DNA of 64,000 nt from Escherichia coli (GTDB lineage: Bacteria; Pseudomonadota; Gammaproteobacteria; Enterobacterales; Enterobacteriaceae), in the NCBI RefSeq assembly GCF_002854065.1, contig NZ_CP024147.1, one strand, 5' to 3'. The notes under the pieces are model-generated. The model was not told the DNA's origin, ran no database searches, and saw only the letters and a list, made by a program, of their open reading frames with translations. Position numbers and translations under genes: made by a program. Position 1 is the first letter of the stretch; the number at the start of each line of letters is the position of its first letter. This document shows positions 37,047-49,253 of this stretch, in pieces.

Positions 37047-37975
37047 TCACCCGTTGCGGGAGTCTCTTCCGGCTCCCGCAGCCACTCCTTATTCAGCGTC
37101 TCACTATCGCCGAGATACTCAAGCAACCAGGTTAACGCAGGCGACATATCATTTTGCTGCCATGTCAGACAACATGCCGAATCCGGAAAGGGGTTTTCCA
37201 GTTCTAATGCTACCCACTTCCCCTCATTAAGCCACGGTTTGGCGAAATGTGTTGGCACCATCCCTATGCATAATCCTGCCGAGATACAGGTTGCCGATGA
37301 TTCCCAGTCAGGCACGACAAGTCTTTTTTGGTTATCCAGCAACCAGGTAATACGCTTAGGTAGCGTTCGCGAGGTGTCTTCGCGCACCAACGACGGCCAG
37401 TTGCGCAACGTATCATCGCTGAACGGGCCATCCATCAACGCCAGCGGGTGATGGCTGGCAACAACGCAACTCCAGCTTAGCATCCCCATATCCCGGAAGG
37501 CATAACGACCGCCTACCGGAATCGCGCGTGTTGCGCCAATCGCCAGTTCCACGCGCCCGTCGGAAAGCGCATCCCAGACACCGTTGAACACTTCCTGAAA
37601 GACAAGAAGTTCGACATCATCAAAATGGCGATAAAAATCAACGATCATCTGCCGTGTACGTTCTGGCCTGACAATATTATCCACTGCAATAGCTAACTGA
37701 CCACGCCAGCCGTTCGCTATCTGCTGACATTGCTGGCGGGTGATCTGCATTTTTTTGACAACAGAGCGACCTTCTTTGAGAAACCACGCCCCGGCAGCGG
37801 TCAGTTCCACATCACGGTGACGTCGTTCAAACAGCGGCACCGCCAGCCACTCTTCCAGCTGACGTACGGTATAGCTGACCGCAGAAGGAACGCGATGCAA
37901 CTCCTGGGCTGCGGCACTAAAACTACCATTACGCGCTACCGCATCAACAACTTCGAGTGAATATTCTGACCACAT
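37043..37975 (-). CDS. punR: LysR-family transcriptional regulator (ydhB/punR)
   Basis: 310-aa ORF; LysR HTH at N-terminus; 4-bp convergent overlap with purR stop. Confidence 0.88.
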
Positions 37976-38087
37976 AGTCTGCCTGCAAAATTTTTGAAAC
38001 CAGTCATCAAATATTACCGTTTCACAACACTAATTTCACTCCCTACACTTTGCGGCGGTGTTTAATTGAGAGATTTAGAGAATATAC

Positions 38088-39299
38088 ATGCAACCTGGGA
38101 AAAGATTTTTAGTCTGGCTGGCGGGTTTGAGCGTACTCGGTTTTCTGGCAACCGATATGTATCTGCCTGCTTTCGCCGCCATACAGGCCGATCTGCAAAC
38201 GCCTGCGTCTGCTGTTAGTGCCAGCCTTAGTCTGTTCCTTGCCGGTTTTGCCGCAGCCCAGCTTCTGTGGGGGCCGCTTTCCGACCGTTATGGTCGTAAA
38301 CCGGTATTATTAATCGGCCTGACAATTTTTGCGTTAGGTAGTCTGGGGATGCTGTGGGTAGAAAACGCCGCTATGCTGCTGGTATTGCGTTTTGTACAAG
38401 CTGTGGGTGTCTGCGCCGCGGCGGTTATCTGGCAAGCGTTAGTGACGGATTATTATCCTTCACAGAAAGTTAACCGAATTTTTGCGACCATCATGCCGCT
38501 GGTGGGTCTATCTCCGGCCCTGGCTCCTCTGTTAGGAAGCTGGCTGCTGGTCCATTTTTCCTGGCAGGCGATTTTCGCCACCCTTTTTGCCATTACCGTG
38601 GTGCTGATTCTGCCTATTTTCTGGCTCAAACCCACGACGAAGGCCCGTAACAATAGTCAGGATGGTCTGACCTTTACCGACCTGCTACGTTCTAAAACCT
38701 ATCGCGGCAACGTGCTGATATACGCGGCCTGTTCAGCCAGTTTTTTTGCATGGCTGACCGGTTCACCGTTCATCCTTAGTGAAATGGGCTACAGCCCGGC
38801 AGTTATTGGTTTAAGTTATGTCCCGCAAACTATCGCGTTTCTGATTGGTGGTTATGGCTGTCGCGCCGCGCTGCAGAAATGGCAAGGCAAGCAGTTATTA
38901 CCGTGGTTGCTGGTGCTGTTTGCTGTCAGCGTCATTGCGACCTGGGCTGCGGGCTTCATTAGCCATGTGTCGCTGGTCGAAATCCTGATCCCATTCTGTG
39001 TGATGGCGATTGCCAATGGCGCGATCTACCCTATTGTTGTCGCCCAGGCGCTGCGTCCCTTCCCACACGCAACTGGTCGCGCCGCAGCGTTGCAGAACAC
39101 TCTACAACTGGGTCTGTGCTTCCTCGCAAGTCTGGTAGTTTCCTGGCTGATCAGTATCAGCACGCCATTGCTCACCACCACCAGCGTGATGTTATCAACA
39201 GTAGTGCTGGTCGCGCTGGGTTACATGATGCAACGTTGTGAAGAAGTTGGCTGCCAGAATCATGGCAATGCCGAAGTCGCTCATAGCGAATCACACTGA
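38088..39299 (+). CDS. punC: MFS transporter (ydhC/punC, purine nucleoside transporter)
   Basis: 403-aa membrane ORF divergent from punR; recognised. Confidence 0.88.
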   Translation: MQPGKRFLVWLAGLSVLGFLATDMYLPAFAAIQADLQTPASAVSASLSLFLAGFAAAQLLWGPLSDRYGRKPVLLIGLTIFALGSLGMLWVENAAMLLVLRFVQAVGVCAAAVIWQALVTDYYPSQKVNRIFATIMPLVGLSPALAPLLGSWLLVHFSWQAIFATLFAITVVLILPIFWLKPTTKARNNSQDGLTFTDLLRSKTYRGNVLIYAACSASFFAWLTGSPFILSEMGYSPAVIGLSYVPQTIAFLIGGYGCRAALQKWQGKQLLPWLLVLFAVSVIATWAAGFISHVSLVEILIPFCVMAIANGAIYPIVVAQALRPFPHATGRAAALQNTLQLGLCFLASLVVSWLISISTPLLTTTSVMLSTVVLVALGYMMQRCEEVGCQNHGNAEVAHSESH

Positions 39300-39589
39300 T
39301 CTATATCGATATACTTATACTTAGGCTGCTAACAAAATTTTGTTGTATGATTGAAATTAGCGGCCTATACTAATTTCGAGTTGTTAAAGCTACGATAAAT
39401 ATTATGTTTTTACGGGGACAGGATCGTTCCCGACTCACTATGGATGGTCATTTCGGCAAGGGTTCCTCCTTTCCCTCTGTTCTACGTCGGATTATAGACT
39501 CGCGGTTTTTTCTGCGAGATTTCTCACAAAGCCCAAAAAGCGTCTACGCTGTTTTAAGGTTCTGATCACCGACCAGTGATGGAGAAACT

Positions 39590-40738
39590 ATGAGTTCATC
39601 GTGTATAGAAGAAGTCAGTGTACCGGATGACAACTGGTACCGTATCGCCAACGAATTACTTAGCCGTGCCGGTATAGCCATTAACGGTTCTGCCCCGGCG
39701 GATATTCGTGTGAAAAACCCCGATTTTTTTAAACGCGTTCTGCAAGAAGGCTCTTTGGGGTTAGGCGAAAGTTATATGGATGGCTGGTGGGAATGTGACC
39801 GACTGGATATGTTTTTTAGCAAAGTCTTACGCGCAGGTCTCGAGAACCAACTCCCCCATCATTTCAAAGACACGCTGCGTATTGCCGGCGCTCGTCTCTT
39901 CAATCTGCAGAGTAAAAAACGTGCCTGGATAGTCGGCAAAGAGCATTATGATTTGGGTAATGACTTGTTCAGCCGCATGCTTGATCCCTTCATGCAATAT
40001 TCCTGCGCTTACTGGAAAGATGCCGATAATCTGGAATCTGCCCAGCAGGCGAAGCTCAAAATGATTTGTGAAAAATTGCAGTTAAAACCAGGGATGCGCG
40101 TACTGGATATTGGCTGCGGCTGGGGCGGACTGGCGCACTACATGGCGTCTAATTATGACGTAAGCGTGGTTGGCGTCACCATTTCTGCCGAACAGCAAAA
40201 AATGGCTCAGGAACGCTGTGAAGGCCTGGATGTCACCATTTTGCTGCAAGATTATCGTGACCTGAACGACCAGTTTGATCGTATTGTTTCTGTGGGGATG
40301 TTCGAGCACGTCGGACCGAAAAATTACGATACCTATTTTGCGGTGGTGGATCGTAATTTGAAACCGGAAGGTATATTCCTGCTCCATACTATCGGTTCGA
40401 AAAAAACCGATCTGAATGTTGATCCCTGGATTAACAAATATATTTTTCCGAACGGTTGCCTGCCCTCTGTACGCCAGATTGCTCAATCCAGCGAACCCCA
40501 CTTTGTGATGGAAGACTGGCATAACTTCGGTGCTGATTACGATACTACGTTGATGGCGTGGTATGAACGATTCCTCGCCGCATGGCCAGAAATTGCGGAT
40601 AACTACAGTGAACGCTTTAAACGAATGTTTACCTATTATCTGAATGCCTGCGCAGGTGCTTTCCGCGCCCGTGATATTCAGCTCTGGCAGGTGGTGTTCT
40701 CACGCGGTGTTGAAAACGGCCTTCGAGTCGCTCGCTAA
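39590..40738 (+). CDS. cfa: cyclopropane-fatty-acyl-phospholipid synthase
   Basis: 382-aa ORF; SAM-binding VLDIGCGWGG motif; recognised. Confidence 0.95.
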   Translation: MSSSCIEEVSVPDDNWYRIANELLSRAGIAINGSAPADIRVKNPDFFKRVLQEGSLGLGESYMDGWWECDRLDMFFSKVLRAGLENQLPHHFKDTLRIAGARLFNLQSKKRAWIVGKEHYDLGNDLFSRMLDPFMQYSCAYWKDADNLESAQQAKLKMICEKLQLKPGMRVLDIGCGWGGLAHYMASNYDVSVVGVTISAEQQKMAQERCEGLDVTILLQDYRDLNDQFDRIVSVGMFEHVGPKNYDTYFAVVDRNLKPEGIFLLHTIGSKKTDLNVDPWINKYIFPNGCLPSVRQIAQSSEPHFVMEDWHNFGADYDTTLMAWYERFLAAWPEIADNYSERFKRMFTYYLNACAGAFRARDIQLWQVVFSRGVENGLRVAR

Positions 40739-40749
40739 AGGCTATTCTA

Positions 40750-40770
40750 TCGCCCCCGCTCAGGGGGCGA
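40750..40770. terminator. bidirectional terminator hairpin between cfa and ribC
   Basis: tcgcccc-cgctca-gggggcga stem-loop. Confidence 0.65.
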
Positions 40771-40777
40771 TTTCAGA

Positions 40778-41419
40778 TCAGGCTTCTGTACCTGGTTGAT
40801 TCATGGCATTTTCTCGTGCCGCCAGCACACGTTCTACCGTATCTACCACTGCCTGAGTTTGTGGATCGATTTCAATGTTGACGCGTGCGCCAAGTTTTTT
40901 CTTCCCAAGAGTCGTGCGTTCCAGTGTTTCCGGAATTAAATGGACGCAAAAACGCGTTGGCGTGACTTCGCCGACGGTCAGGCTAATACCGTCGATGCCA
41001 ATAAATCCTTTGTACAGGATATATTTCATCAACTGACTATCCTGGACTTTAAACCAGATCTGGCGATTATTTTCCGAGGTTAATATTTTCGCCACTTCAG
41101 CGGTGGTCATAATATGACCTGACATTAAGTGTCCGCCAATTTCATCACTGAATTTCGCCGCACGCTCAACGTTTACCCAATCCCCCACTTTTAAATCGCC
41201 AAGATTGGTAATGCGTAACGTTTCTTTCATCAGGTCAAAACTGACATGGTTGCCGTTAATTTCCGTCACGGTCAGGCAGCAACCGTTATGCGCCACGGAC
41301 GCACCGGTTTCCAGGCCGTCCAGCATGTGGTCGGGTAACTCCACCACATGCGTACGAAAATTTGGTTTCTCGTCAATCGACACCAGTTTTGCGGTGCCCT
41401 GTACAATCCCCGTAAACAT
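40778..41419 (-). CDS. ribC: riboflavin synthase (alpha subunit)
   Basis: 213-aa [21 protein letters not shown]...; recognised (also called ribE). Confidence 0.93.
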   Translation of the reverse strand: MFTGIVQGTAKLVSIDEKPNFRTHVVELPDHMLDGLETGASVAHNGCCLTVTEINGNHVSFDLMKETLRITNLGDLKVGDWVNVERAAKFSDEIGGHLMSGHIMTTAEVAKILTSENNRQIWFKVQDSQLMKYILYKGFIGIDGISLTVGEVTPTRFCVHLIPETLERTTLGKKKLGARVNIEIDPQTQAVVDTVERVLAARENAMNQPGTEA

Positions 41420-41612
41420 ACTTACAACTCCTGAAATCAGTTAAGACATTCTGTTCAGCACAATAGCAGGTGGCAAACGCCCTTACCAGTGAAGGGGTAA
41501 GAATGACTATTTTTTCACTGGAGAATTAATAAATCCTCGCTACAATAGACTGAATTTCCCCTGCTTCTTCTTTTTGCTGCCCATTCAGGCGGCTTTTTAG
41601 TCTCTCATATAA

Positions 41613-43007
<1,395 letters not shown>

Positions 43008-43016
43008 TAAAGACAA

Positions 43017-43047
43017 GGCGCAACCTTCACGGGTTGCGCCTGTATTT
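43017..43047 (+). terminator. terminator after mdtK
   Basis: ggcgcaacc-ttcacg-ggttgcgcc hairpin followed by tgtattttta. Confidence 0.7.
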
Positions 43048-44304
43048 TTACGCAGGCTGGAGCGTTGCGCCAATCCCGTCTTCGTCTGGCTGTAGTTTCA
43101 GTGCATTACACAGAGTTTGCCGACTGGCATCTGTTATCTCAACGCGTATATCCCCGGTAACTTCCCCTTTCACATTGATGAAGTCAGGTGAAATTTCTTT
43201 CGCACTGGTTTGCAGGCAAATCGCTCCCTCTCCGCGCAGGCGTTTCACTTTCAGTTGCACATGCGTTGCCGCACCAGTGATCAGCCACAGTTTTCCGCCA
43301 TTCAGATTGATGTTACCAATACTGAAAGTGACACTGTCACCTTTTACCGTACTGCCGTCGAGAATCAATACACCGCCCTGCTGTACAGTAATCGTTGATT
43401 GTTGCAGATCTGCGCCATAGCCAATAATCATTGAAGCGCCGTCCAGTAATGCAACACTCCCGGTCAGTTCAACCGGTGCGCGATCTTCCTCTACGACAAA
43501 ATTTTCGTCCGCGCTGGTGGGTGACAACAGGATCACTGTTCCACCTTGTATTACCGCATTTTCCAGCGTACCGGCATGCACTTCAGCCCGACCACCCACA
43601 TTAACGGACAGGTTTTGCGTCTTACCGGAACTGTAGAGCTGAAGACCATCCGTCCCCAGACGATAGATGGCTCCATTCTCAACAATAGTGTCAGAGTCTT
43701 CACCACCGAGATTATTCATGGTGCCACCAGCAAGCAACGTATCATTGGCTTTCCCCGCCAGCATAAAAACGCCGCCCTGATTAATCTCACAATTGCTGGC
43801 TTCCCCACCTGGATACACCAACAATTCACCACCTTCATCTACCACGACCGCTGAGGTTGTCCCATTGACCAACAGGCCGCCCTCTTGATCGAGAATAATT
43901 TTTTCCGCGCGATGGCCTTCCAGTACACGCAGGTTGCCGCCATTTTCCAGCAACAAACCGCAGGCATAACCTTTATCAACGCTGAATTCACCTTCGGGAT
44001 GGCGGCCATTAACCGTAGCGAGCGTAGAGAGACTAATTGCGCCTCCCTCGGACTGAACAATATCTGTGGCAATGGCACCGTCGCTGACCGATAGCGTGCC
44101 ATTGTTATCGTACTGTGTGCATTTGGCGATCCCACCGGTTGCCACTTTCAACCAGCCAGCCCCCGTGACCACGGTATTTTCGGCTCTTCCGCCAGCTTCA
44201 ACAATCAACTCGCCTTCAGTAAGTTGCGTCGCGCCAATGACCTCGCCGGTCTTAACAATTTGCACATTCCCGTCGCTCATCAAGTTTTTCGCATCAGATC
44301 CCAT
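43048..44304 (-). CDS. ydhQ: autotransporter-passenger-like beta-helix repeat protein with no recognisable translocator domain
   Basis: 418-aa ORF, Gly/Thr/Asn-rich degenerate repeats typical of pertactin/AIDA-like beta-helix; no N-terminal signal peptide evident. Confidence 0.85.
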   Translation of the reverse strand: MGSDAKNLMSDGNVQIVKTGEVIGATQLTEGELIVEAGGRAENTVVTGAGWLKVATGGIAKCTQYDNNGTLSVSDGAIATDIVQSEGGAISLSTLATVNGRHPEGEFSVDKGYACGLLLENGGNLRVLEGHRAEKIILDQEGGLLVNGTTSAVVVDEGGELLVYPGGEASNCEINQGGVFMLAGKANDTLLAGGTMNNLGGEDSDTIVENGAIYRLGTDGLQLYSSGKTQNLSVNVGGRAEVHAGTLENAVIQGGTVILLSPTSADENFVVEEDRAPVELTGSVALLDGASMIIGYGADLQQSTITVQQGGVLILDGSTVKGDSVTFSIGNINLNGGKLWLITGAATHVQLKVKRLRGEGAICLQTSAKEISPDFINVKGEVTGDIRVEITDASRQTLCNALKLQPDEDGIGATLQPA

Positions 44305-44611
44305 GATTTATTCCTTTGCTGCATCTGTGTGCCTTTATTGCTACCTAAGTGTAAAGGCTACGGAGGATTTATCCACGACAGATTTGAGATGGTGGCAAAC
44401 AACTCTGTTTAAACTCTGATACACGAATTATTGGGTTGTATCAGATGTAAATGCGATCCTGAATAAAAATCGCCCTTGCAAATCAACAAAATATAGCCAA
44501 TTTGCTTAAAAGCTCTGCAAACGGTCGAAATAGCGCAGAAAATTACGTTTTGCCTCTTGCCACCTTCCCACTCTGCCGCTAATATTCGTCCCCGTTGTCA
44601 CCTACAACGTT

Positions 44612-44688
44612 GCGTTCATAGCTCAGTTGGTTAGAGCACCACCTTGACATGGTGGGGGTCGTTGGTTCGAGTCCAATTGAACGCACCA
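44612..44688 (+). tRNA. valV: tRNA-Val (anticodon GAC)
   Basis: gcgttcatagctcagttggttagagcacc...cttGACat...ggttcgagtcc...acgcacca; cloverleaf with encoded CCA. Confidence 0.95.
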
Positions 44689-44692
44689 TCCT

Positions 44693-44769
44693 GCGTCCGT
44701 AGCTCAGTTGGTTAGAGCACCACCTTGACATGGTGGGGGTCGGTGGTTCGAGTCCACTCGGACGCACCA
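44693..44769 (+). tRNA. valW: tRNA-Val (anticodon GAC), second copy
   Basis: Near-identical copy 4 nt downstream of valV; differs in acceptor/T-arm bases. Confidence 0.95.
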
Positions 44770-44876
44770 GATTTTCTTAATCTGGTCTTCTCCTTTTTCC
44801 CTCTGCTTCTTCTCTGTATCCAATACGTTAAAAGATTTACACTGTCTTCGTATGCGTTATCAGAAGGAGAATCGCT

Positions 44877-45182
44877 ATGGCAACTTTGTTACAACTTCAT
44901 TTTGCTTTTAATGGCCCATTTGGCGACGCAATGGCTGAGCAGCTTAAACCACTTGCTGAGTCGATTAATCAGGAACCTGGTTTTCTGTGGAAGGTATGGA
45001 CAGAAAGTGAAAAGAACCACGAAGCCGGCGGGATCTACCTTTTCACTGATGAAAAAAGCGCCCTTGCCTATCTGGAAAAACACACTGCCCGACTGAAAAA
45101 TCTCGGCGTTGAGGAAGTTGTCGCCAAAGTTTTCGATGTCAATGAGCCACTGAGTCAAATCAATCAGGCAAAACTCGCCTGA
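44877..45182 (+). CDS. ydhR: putative monooxygenase YdhR (dimeric alpha/beta barrel)
   Basis: 101-aa [27 protein letters not shown]...; recognised. Confidence 0.9.
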
Positions 45183-45196
45183 CAGAATTTAATCAA

Positions 45197-45218
45197 GGGC
45201 GGTTAGCGCCCTTTTCAT
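45197..45218 (+). terminator. small terminator hairpin after ydhR
   Basis: agggcg-gtta-gcgccct followed by tttc. Confidence 0.5.
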
Positions 45219-45307
45219 CCCTGTCTGAAATTTCTCAAATTCTAAAAATCTCAACCAAACTTATCTGATAACACTAAATTCGAAAGAATGCGTACAGGTA
45301 AGTAACA

Positions 45308-46912
45308 ATGAAAAAAATTGCTATTGTGGGTGCCGGGCCTACGGGGATCTACACCTTATTCTCGCTTCTACAGCAACAAACTCCACTTTCTATTTCTATC
45401 TTCGAGCAGGCTGGCGAGGCCGGTGTCGGGATGCCATACAGTGATGAGGAAAACTCAAAAATGATGCTGGCAAATATTGCCAGTATTGAAATACCACCGA
45501 TTTATTGTACGTATCTCGAATGGCTACAAAAGCAAGAAGCCAGCCATCTCCAGCGTTATGGCGTTAAAAAAGAAACCTTGCACGATCGTCATTTTTTACC
45601 GCGAATTCTGCTGGGCGAATATTTCCGCGATCAATTTTTACGATTAGTAGACCAGGCACGAAAGCAAAAATTTGCAGTGGCTGTTTATGAATCATGCCAG
45701 GTTACCGATCTGCAAATTACAAATGCTGGCGTCATGCTCGCTACAAATCAGGATTTACCCAGCGAGACGTTTGATTTAGCGGTGATTGCCACGGGTCACG
45801 TCTGGCCTGATGAAGAAGAAGCAACCCGAACGAATTTTCCCAGCCCGTGGTCAGGCCTGCTGGAAGCAAAGGTCGATGCGTGTAACGTGGGTATTATGGG
45901 AACATCCTTGAGCGGACTGGATGCGGCAATGGCAGTGGCTATTCAGCATGGTTCGTTCATTGAAGATGATAAACAACACGTCGTTTTTCACCGCGATAAC
46001 GCAAGTGAAAAGCTAAATATCACGTTGATGTCGCGCACGGGTATTTTACCCGAAGCCGATTTCTATTGCCCTATTCCCTACGAGCCCTTACACATCGTCA
46101 CCGATCAGGCATTAAATGCTGAGATTCAAAAAGGCGAATATGGCCTTTTGGATCGGGTATTTAGATTGATAGTAGAGGAAATCAAGTTTGCTGATCCAGA
46201 CTGGAGCCAACGCATAGCCTTAGAGAGCCTGAATGTCGATTCCTTTGCTCAAGCCTGGTTTGCCGAGCGCAAACAACGCGACCCATTTGACTGGGCAGAA
46301 AAAAATCTCCAAGAAGTCGAACACAATAAACGAGAAAAACATACTGTTCCCTGGCGTTATGTCATTCTGCGCCTGCATGAAGCAGTACAGGAAATTGTTC
46401 CACATCTGAATGAACACGACCATAAACGGTTCAGTAAAGGCCTTGCCCGGGTTTTCATAGATAATTATGCCGCAATCCCTTCAGAGTCTATTCGTCGGCT
46501 GCTGGCCTTACGTGAAGCGGGAATCATTCATATTCTCGCTCTCGGTGAAGACTACAAAATGGAAATTAACGAGTCGCGCACCGTCCTGAAAACGGAAGAC
46601 AACAGCTACTCGTTTGACGTTTTTATTGATGCCCGCGGGCAGCGTCCGCTTAAAGTGAAAGATATTCCTTTCCCTGGACTACGCGAACAATTACAGAAAA
46701 CAGGGGATGAAATCCCTGATGTTGGTGAAGATTATACGTTACAGCAACCCGAAGATATTCGTGGGCGCGTAGCGTTCGGCGCGTTGCCCTGGTTAATGCA
46801 CGACCAGCCTTTCGTTCAGGGACTTACGGCATGTGCAGAAATTGGTGAGGCGATGGCTCGGGCGGTCGTAAAACCTGCATCCCGTGCTCGTCGGCGTCTT
46901 TCGTTTGATTAA
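45308..46912 (+). CDS. ydhS: FAD/NAD(P)-binding protein YdhS
   Basis: 534-aa ORF with N-terminal Rossmann motif IAIVGAGPTG. Confidence 0.9.
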   Translation: MKKIAIVGAGPTGIYTLFSLLQQQTPLSISIFEQAGEAGVGMPYSDEENSKMMLANIASIEIPPIYCTYLEWLQKQEASHLQRYGVKKETLHDRHFLPRILLGEYFRDQFLRLVDQARKQKFAVAVYESCQVTDLQITNAGVMLATNQDLPSETFDLAVIATGHVWPDEEEATRTNFPSPWSGLLEAKVDACNVGIMGTSLSGLDAAMAVAIQHGSFIEDDKQHVVFHRDNASEKLNITLMSRTGILPEADFYCPIPYEPLHIVTDQALNAEIQKGEYGLLDRVFRLIVEEIKFADPDWSQRIALESLNVDSFAQAWFAERKQRDPFDWAEKNLQEVEHNKREKHTVPWRYVILRLHEAVQEIVPHLNEHDHKRFSKGLARVFIDNYAAIPSESIRRLLALREAGIIHILALGEDYKMEINESRTVLKTEDNSYSFDVFIDARGQRPLKVKDIPFPGLREQLQKTGDEIPDVGEDYTLQQPEDIRGRVAFGALPWLMHDQPFVQGLTACAEIGEAMARAVVKPASRARRRLSFD

Positions 46913-46923
46913 AGGTAAAGCTA

Positions 46924-47736
46924 TCAGCACTCAACAAACTGATGCTGTTCATTAAGACGATAGCGGACTCCGGCTCGAATATTGTTTTCACCTTCAATGG
47001 CGACGGCGAAACGAACTCTTTCGCCGTCATGATATGCCAGTGCGGCGCTTCCTCCTGGCCCGAGAATAATTGAGTCGACCACGCCCGTGCTCACTACCGT
47101 TGAATTTTCACCGCTGGCAATGATGTGTACATTGTCGCCGCTGTTGACAATTTTGGCGTTTGCGCCAAAGCTGGCGATTTGCACCAGGTCACCATTACTG
47201 GCGACATGACATCGTTCACCCAATGTACAAACGCGTACTCGCATTCCGGTATTCGCAATCCGACTGCTATCTCCAGCGCTGCTTATCCGCGAAGAATTGC
47301 CGGTTACAGCAACCCGTGCGCGCTCACCGGAGCTGCCAATGTGACTGTTAAAGCCGACACTTCCAATCCGCACGCTATAACCCATACTGGCAATTTGTAC
47401 AGCATACCCAGCGGTTGCGATTCTGGCGTTATCCTCACAACAGCCGATGCGAGCATGATCGTCGCTGCGGGCAAACTGACTGCAAAATGCTCTCTCTCCG
47501 GGATCTGTGGCCAGTTTTTGCATAGAGGAAACTTCCTGATGCGCGAAGTTTTCATCCGCCAGCCATTTTTTCCACGCATACTCAACAAGACTCTCCGCCC
47601 AGTCCGTATATCCTTCCTCAATCAGTGCATGATGAATATCAGCATAACTACCGCCGCGCGGGAAATGGCGCAGGAACCAGCGATACATCACCGCTCCGAT
47701 ACGCCATTCTCGCAGGTCTGCTCGTGTAATGATCAT
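46924..47736 (-). CDS. ydhT: YdhT (FhuF-like / unknown function), last gene of ydhYVWXUT
   Basis: 270-aa ORF; recognised by position and sequence. Confidence 0.85.
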   Translation of the reverse strand: MIITRADLREWRIGAVMYRWFLRHFPRGGSYADIHHALIEEGYTDWAESLVEYAWKKWLADENFAHQEVSSMQKLATDPGERAFCSQFARSDDHARIGCCEDNARIATAGYAVQIASMGYSVRIGSVGFNSHIGSSGERARVAVTGNSSRISSAGDSSRIANTGMRVRVCTLGERCHVASNGDLVQIASFGANAKIVNSGDNVHIIASGENSTVVSTGVVDSIILGPGGSAALAYHDGERVRFAVAIEGENNIRAGVRYRLNEQHQFVEC

Positions 47737-47739
47737 TCG

Positions 47740-48525
47740 TTAGTGCCGGTGATAGCCATCGACCATGCTTTTAAAGGTTTCGTGTGGCGTACGCCCCGTG
47801 GTGCAAAGATAAAGATGACCGAAGATAAAAAAGAGGCTTATAAATGCCAGAGCAAAATGCGCCTGCAATAACCAGTATCTTACGCCAGGAAACACATCTC
47901 CCACGGCTTGCGGATAGAGACACAGCAGCCCCGTCAATAGTAACAACGGCAGCAATCCATACATGACACCAACATAGGCAACCTGCTGTAAGGGATTAAA
48001 TTTAGACTGGGTTGTTGCCGGGAAAGGATGTTCTTCCCCCTGCATAATGCCAAACAAATAAAATCGCGTTTGTTTTGCCGCCCGCTCCAGCCAACCCTGA
48101 CGACGAATGCGATAGTGGTGGCCATTACCCCCAACGGCATTGATCAGAACAAAGCCGTGCCAGCATGCCAGTAACAAAAATCCGCAAACTTCATGCACCG
48201 CAACCAGACTTTTAACCGCAGTTGCGCCCACCAGCGCAAAGTGATTTATCAGCCCACTTGCCAGCAACAATACAAAGAGTAACGCATTCGACCAGTGCCA
48301 TAATCTGACCGCTTTGCTGTAAAGATAAATCTTCTCACCATGATCGGTGGCTGATTTCTTCACGCCACGAGCACGAAGCAAGGCGTGCAGCCCCAGCACC
48401 AACCACATCCCAACCAGCAATACTCCGGCAATGATCAACCACACCGGCCAAAATTCGGGAGTGAACTGTGGCACATAGTTCGCTAACTGGCTCTGAAACT
48501 GTTCAGCATGTTGCGACGGGTTCAT
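47740..48525 (-). CDS. ydhU: PhsC/NrfD-like membrane cytochrome b subunit
   Basis: 261-aa polytopic membrane ORF. Confidence 0.88.
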   Translation of the reverse strand: MNPSQHAEQFQSQLANYVPQFTPEFWPVWLIIAGVLLVGMWLVLGLHALLRARGVKKSATDHGEKIYLYSKAVRLWHWSNALLFVLLLASGLINHFALVGATAVKSLVAVHEVCGFLLLACWHGFVLINAVGGNGHHYRIRRQGWLERAAKQTRFYLFGIMQGEEHPFPATTQSKFNPLQQVAYVGVMYGLLPLLLLTGLLCLYPQAVGDVFPGVRYWLLQAHFALAFISLFFIFGHLYLCTTGRTPHETFKSMVDGYHRH

Positions 48526-49190
48526 ACATTTTCCTTTTTAATCAAATGTTGACCGAACCGGCGATACAGATGCGGTTTCCCGGCACCAGGTAGCTGATAT
48601 TGATAGTATTTATTATCCTGCAACCACACCTGAATTTCTGGGCTATCTTCGCGACCAAAGATCAATGCGTGTTCCGGGCAGGCGCTGACGCAAATGGGCG
48701 GAAAGCCTTTTGCCAGTCGGGACTCAGCGCAGAAATCACATTTATCTGCCACTTTAGTGACAGGGTTAAGGTAGCGAACCTGGTACGGACAAGCGCCAAT
48801 GCAATAACTGCAGCCGATGCACTGCGATTTTTCTACCCGCACGATCCCCTGCTCATCACGCCACGACGCCCCTGTCGGGCATACGTCGATGCACGGAGCA
48901 TCTTCGCAGTGCTGACATGACTGGCGAAAAAAGTGATACTGCGTTTCGTTGTCGTTATCGGTGACTGGAATGTGTGCTATCGATAAACGGCTTCCCTGAG
49001 CGGGGACGTGGTTAGTTTTACGGCATGCGCGGGCGCAAATATTACAGCCATTGCACCGTGACTCGTCATGAATCATGGCATACCGAACTTCCTTTTCTTG
49101 CCTCGTGTTCGCTAACAGAGAAGACGCAGAACCAGTAAAAAAGATTACTGTTCCCATCCCCAGAACAAATTTGCGTCGAGTGAAGGACAT
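48522..49190 (-). CDS. ydhX: Tat-exported 4Fe-4S ferredoxin-like protein
   Basis: ORF track 48522..49241; start trimmed to MSFTRRKFVLG twin-arginine signal (222 aa); multiple CxxCxxCxxxCP motifs. Confidence 0.88.
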   Translation of the reverse strand: MSFTRRKFVLGMGTVIFFTGSASSLLANTRQEKEVRYAMIHDESRCNGCNICARACRKTNHVPAQGSRLSIAHIPVTDNDNETQYHFFRQSCQHCEDAPCIDVCPTGASWRDEQGIVRVEKSQCIGCSYCIGACPYQVRYLNPVTKVADKCDFCAESRLAKGFPPICVSACPEHALIFGREDSPEIQVWLQDNKYYQYQLPGAGKPHLYRRFGQHLIKKENV

Positions 49191-49253
49191 CTGATTATCC
49201 CCTAATGCAGTGGCTGCAACTGTCCACCCTATCCATGACATCTCCCTGAAATT

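Noticed and set aside
44580-44880. tRNA pair valV-valW as an integration hotspot carrying a genomic island
   Set aside because: No integrase, no direct repeat of a tRNA 3' end, and the flanking genes (ydhQ, ydhR, ydhS) follow the conserved K-12 order; nothing in the sequence indicates acquired DNA.
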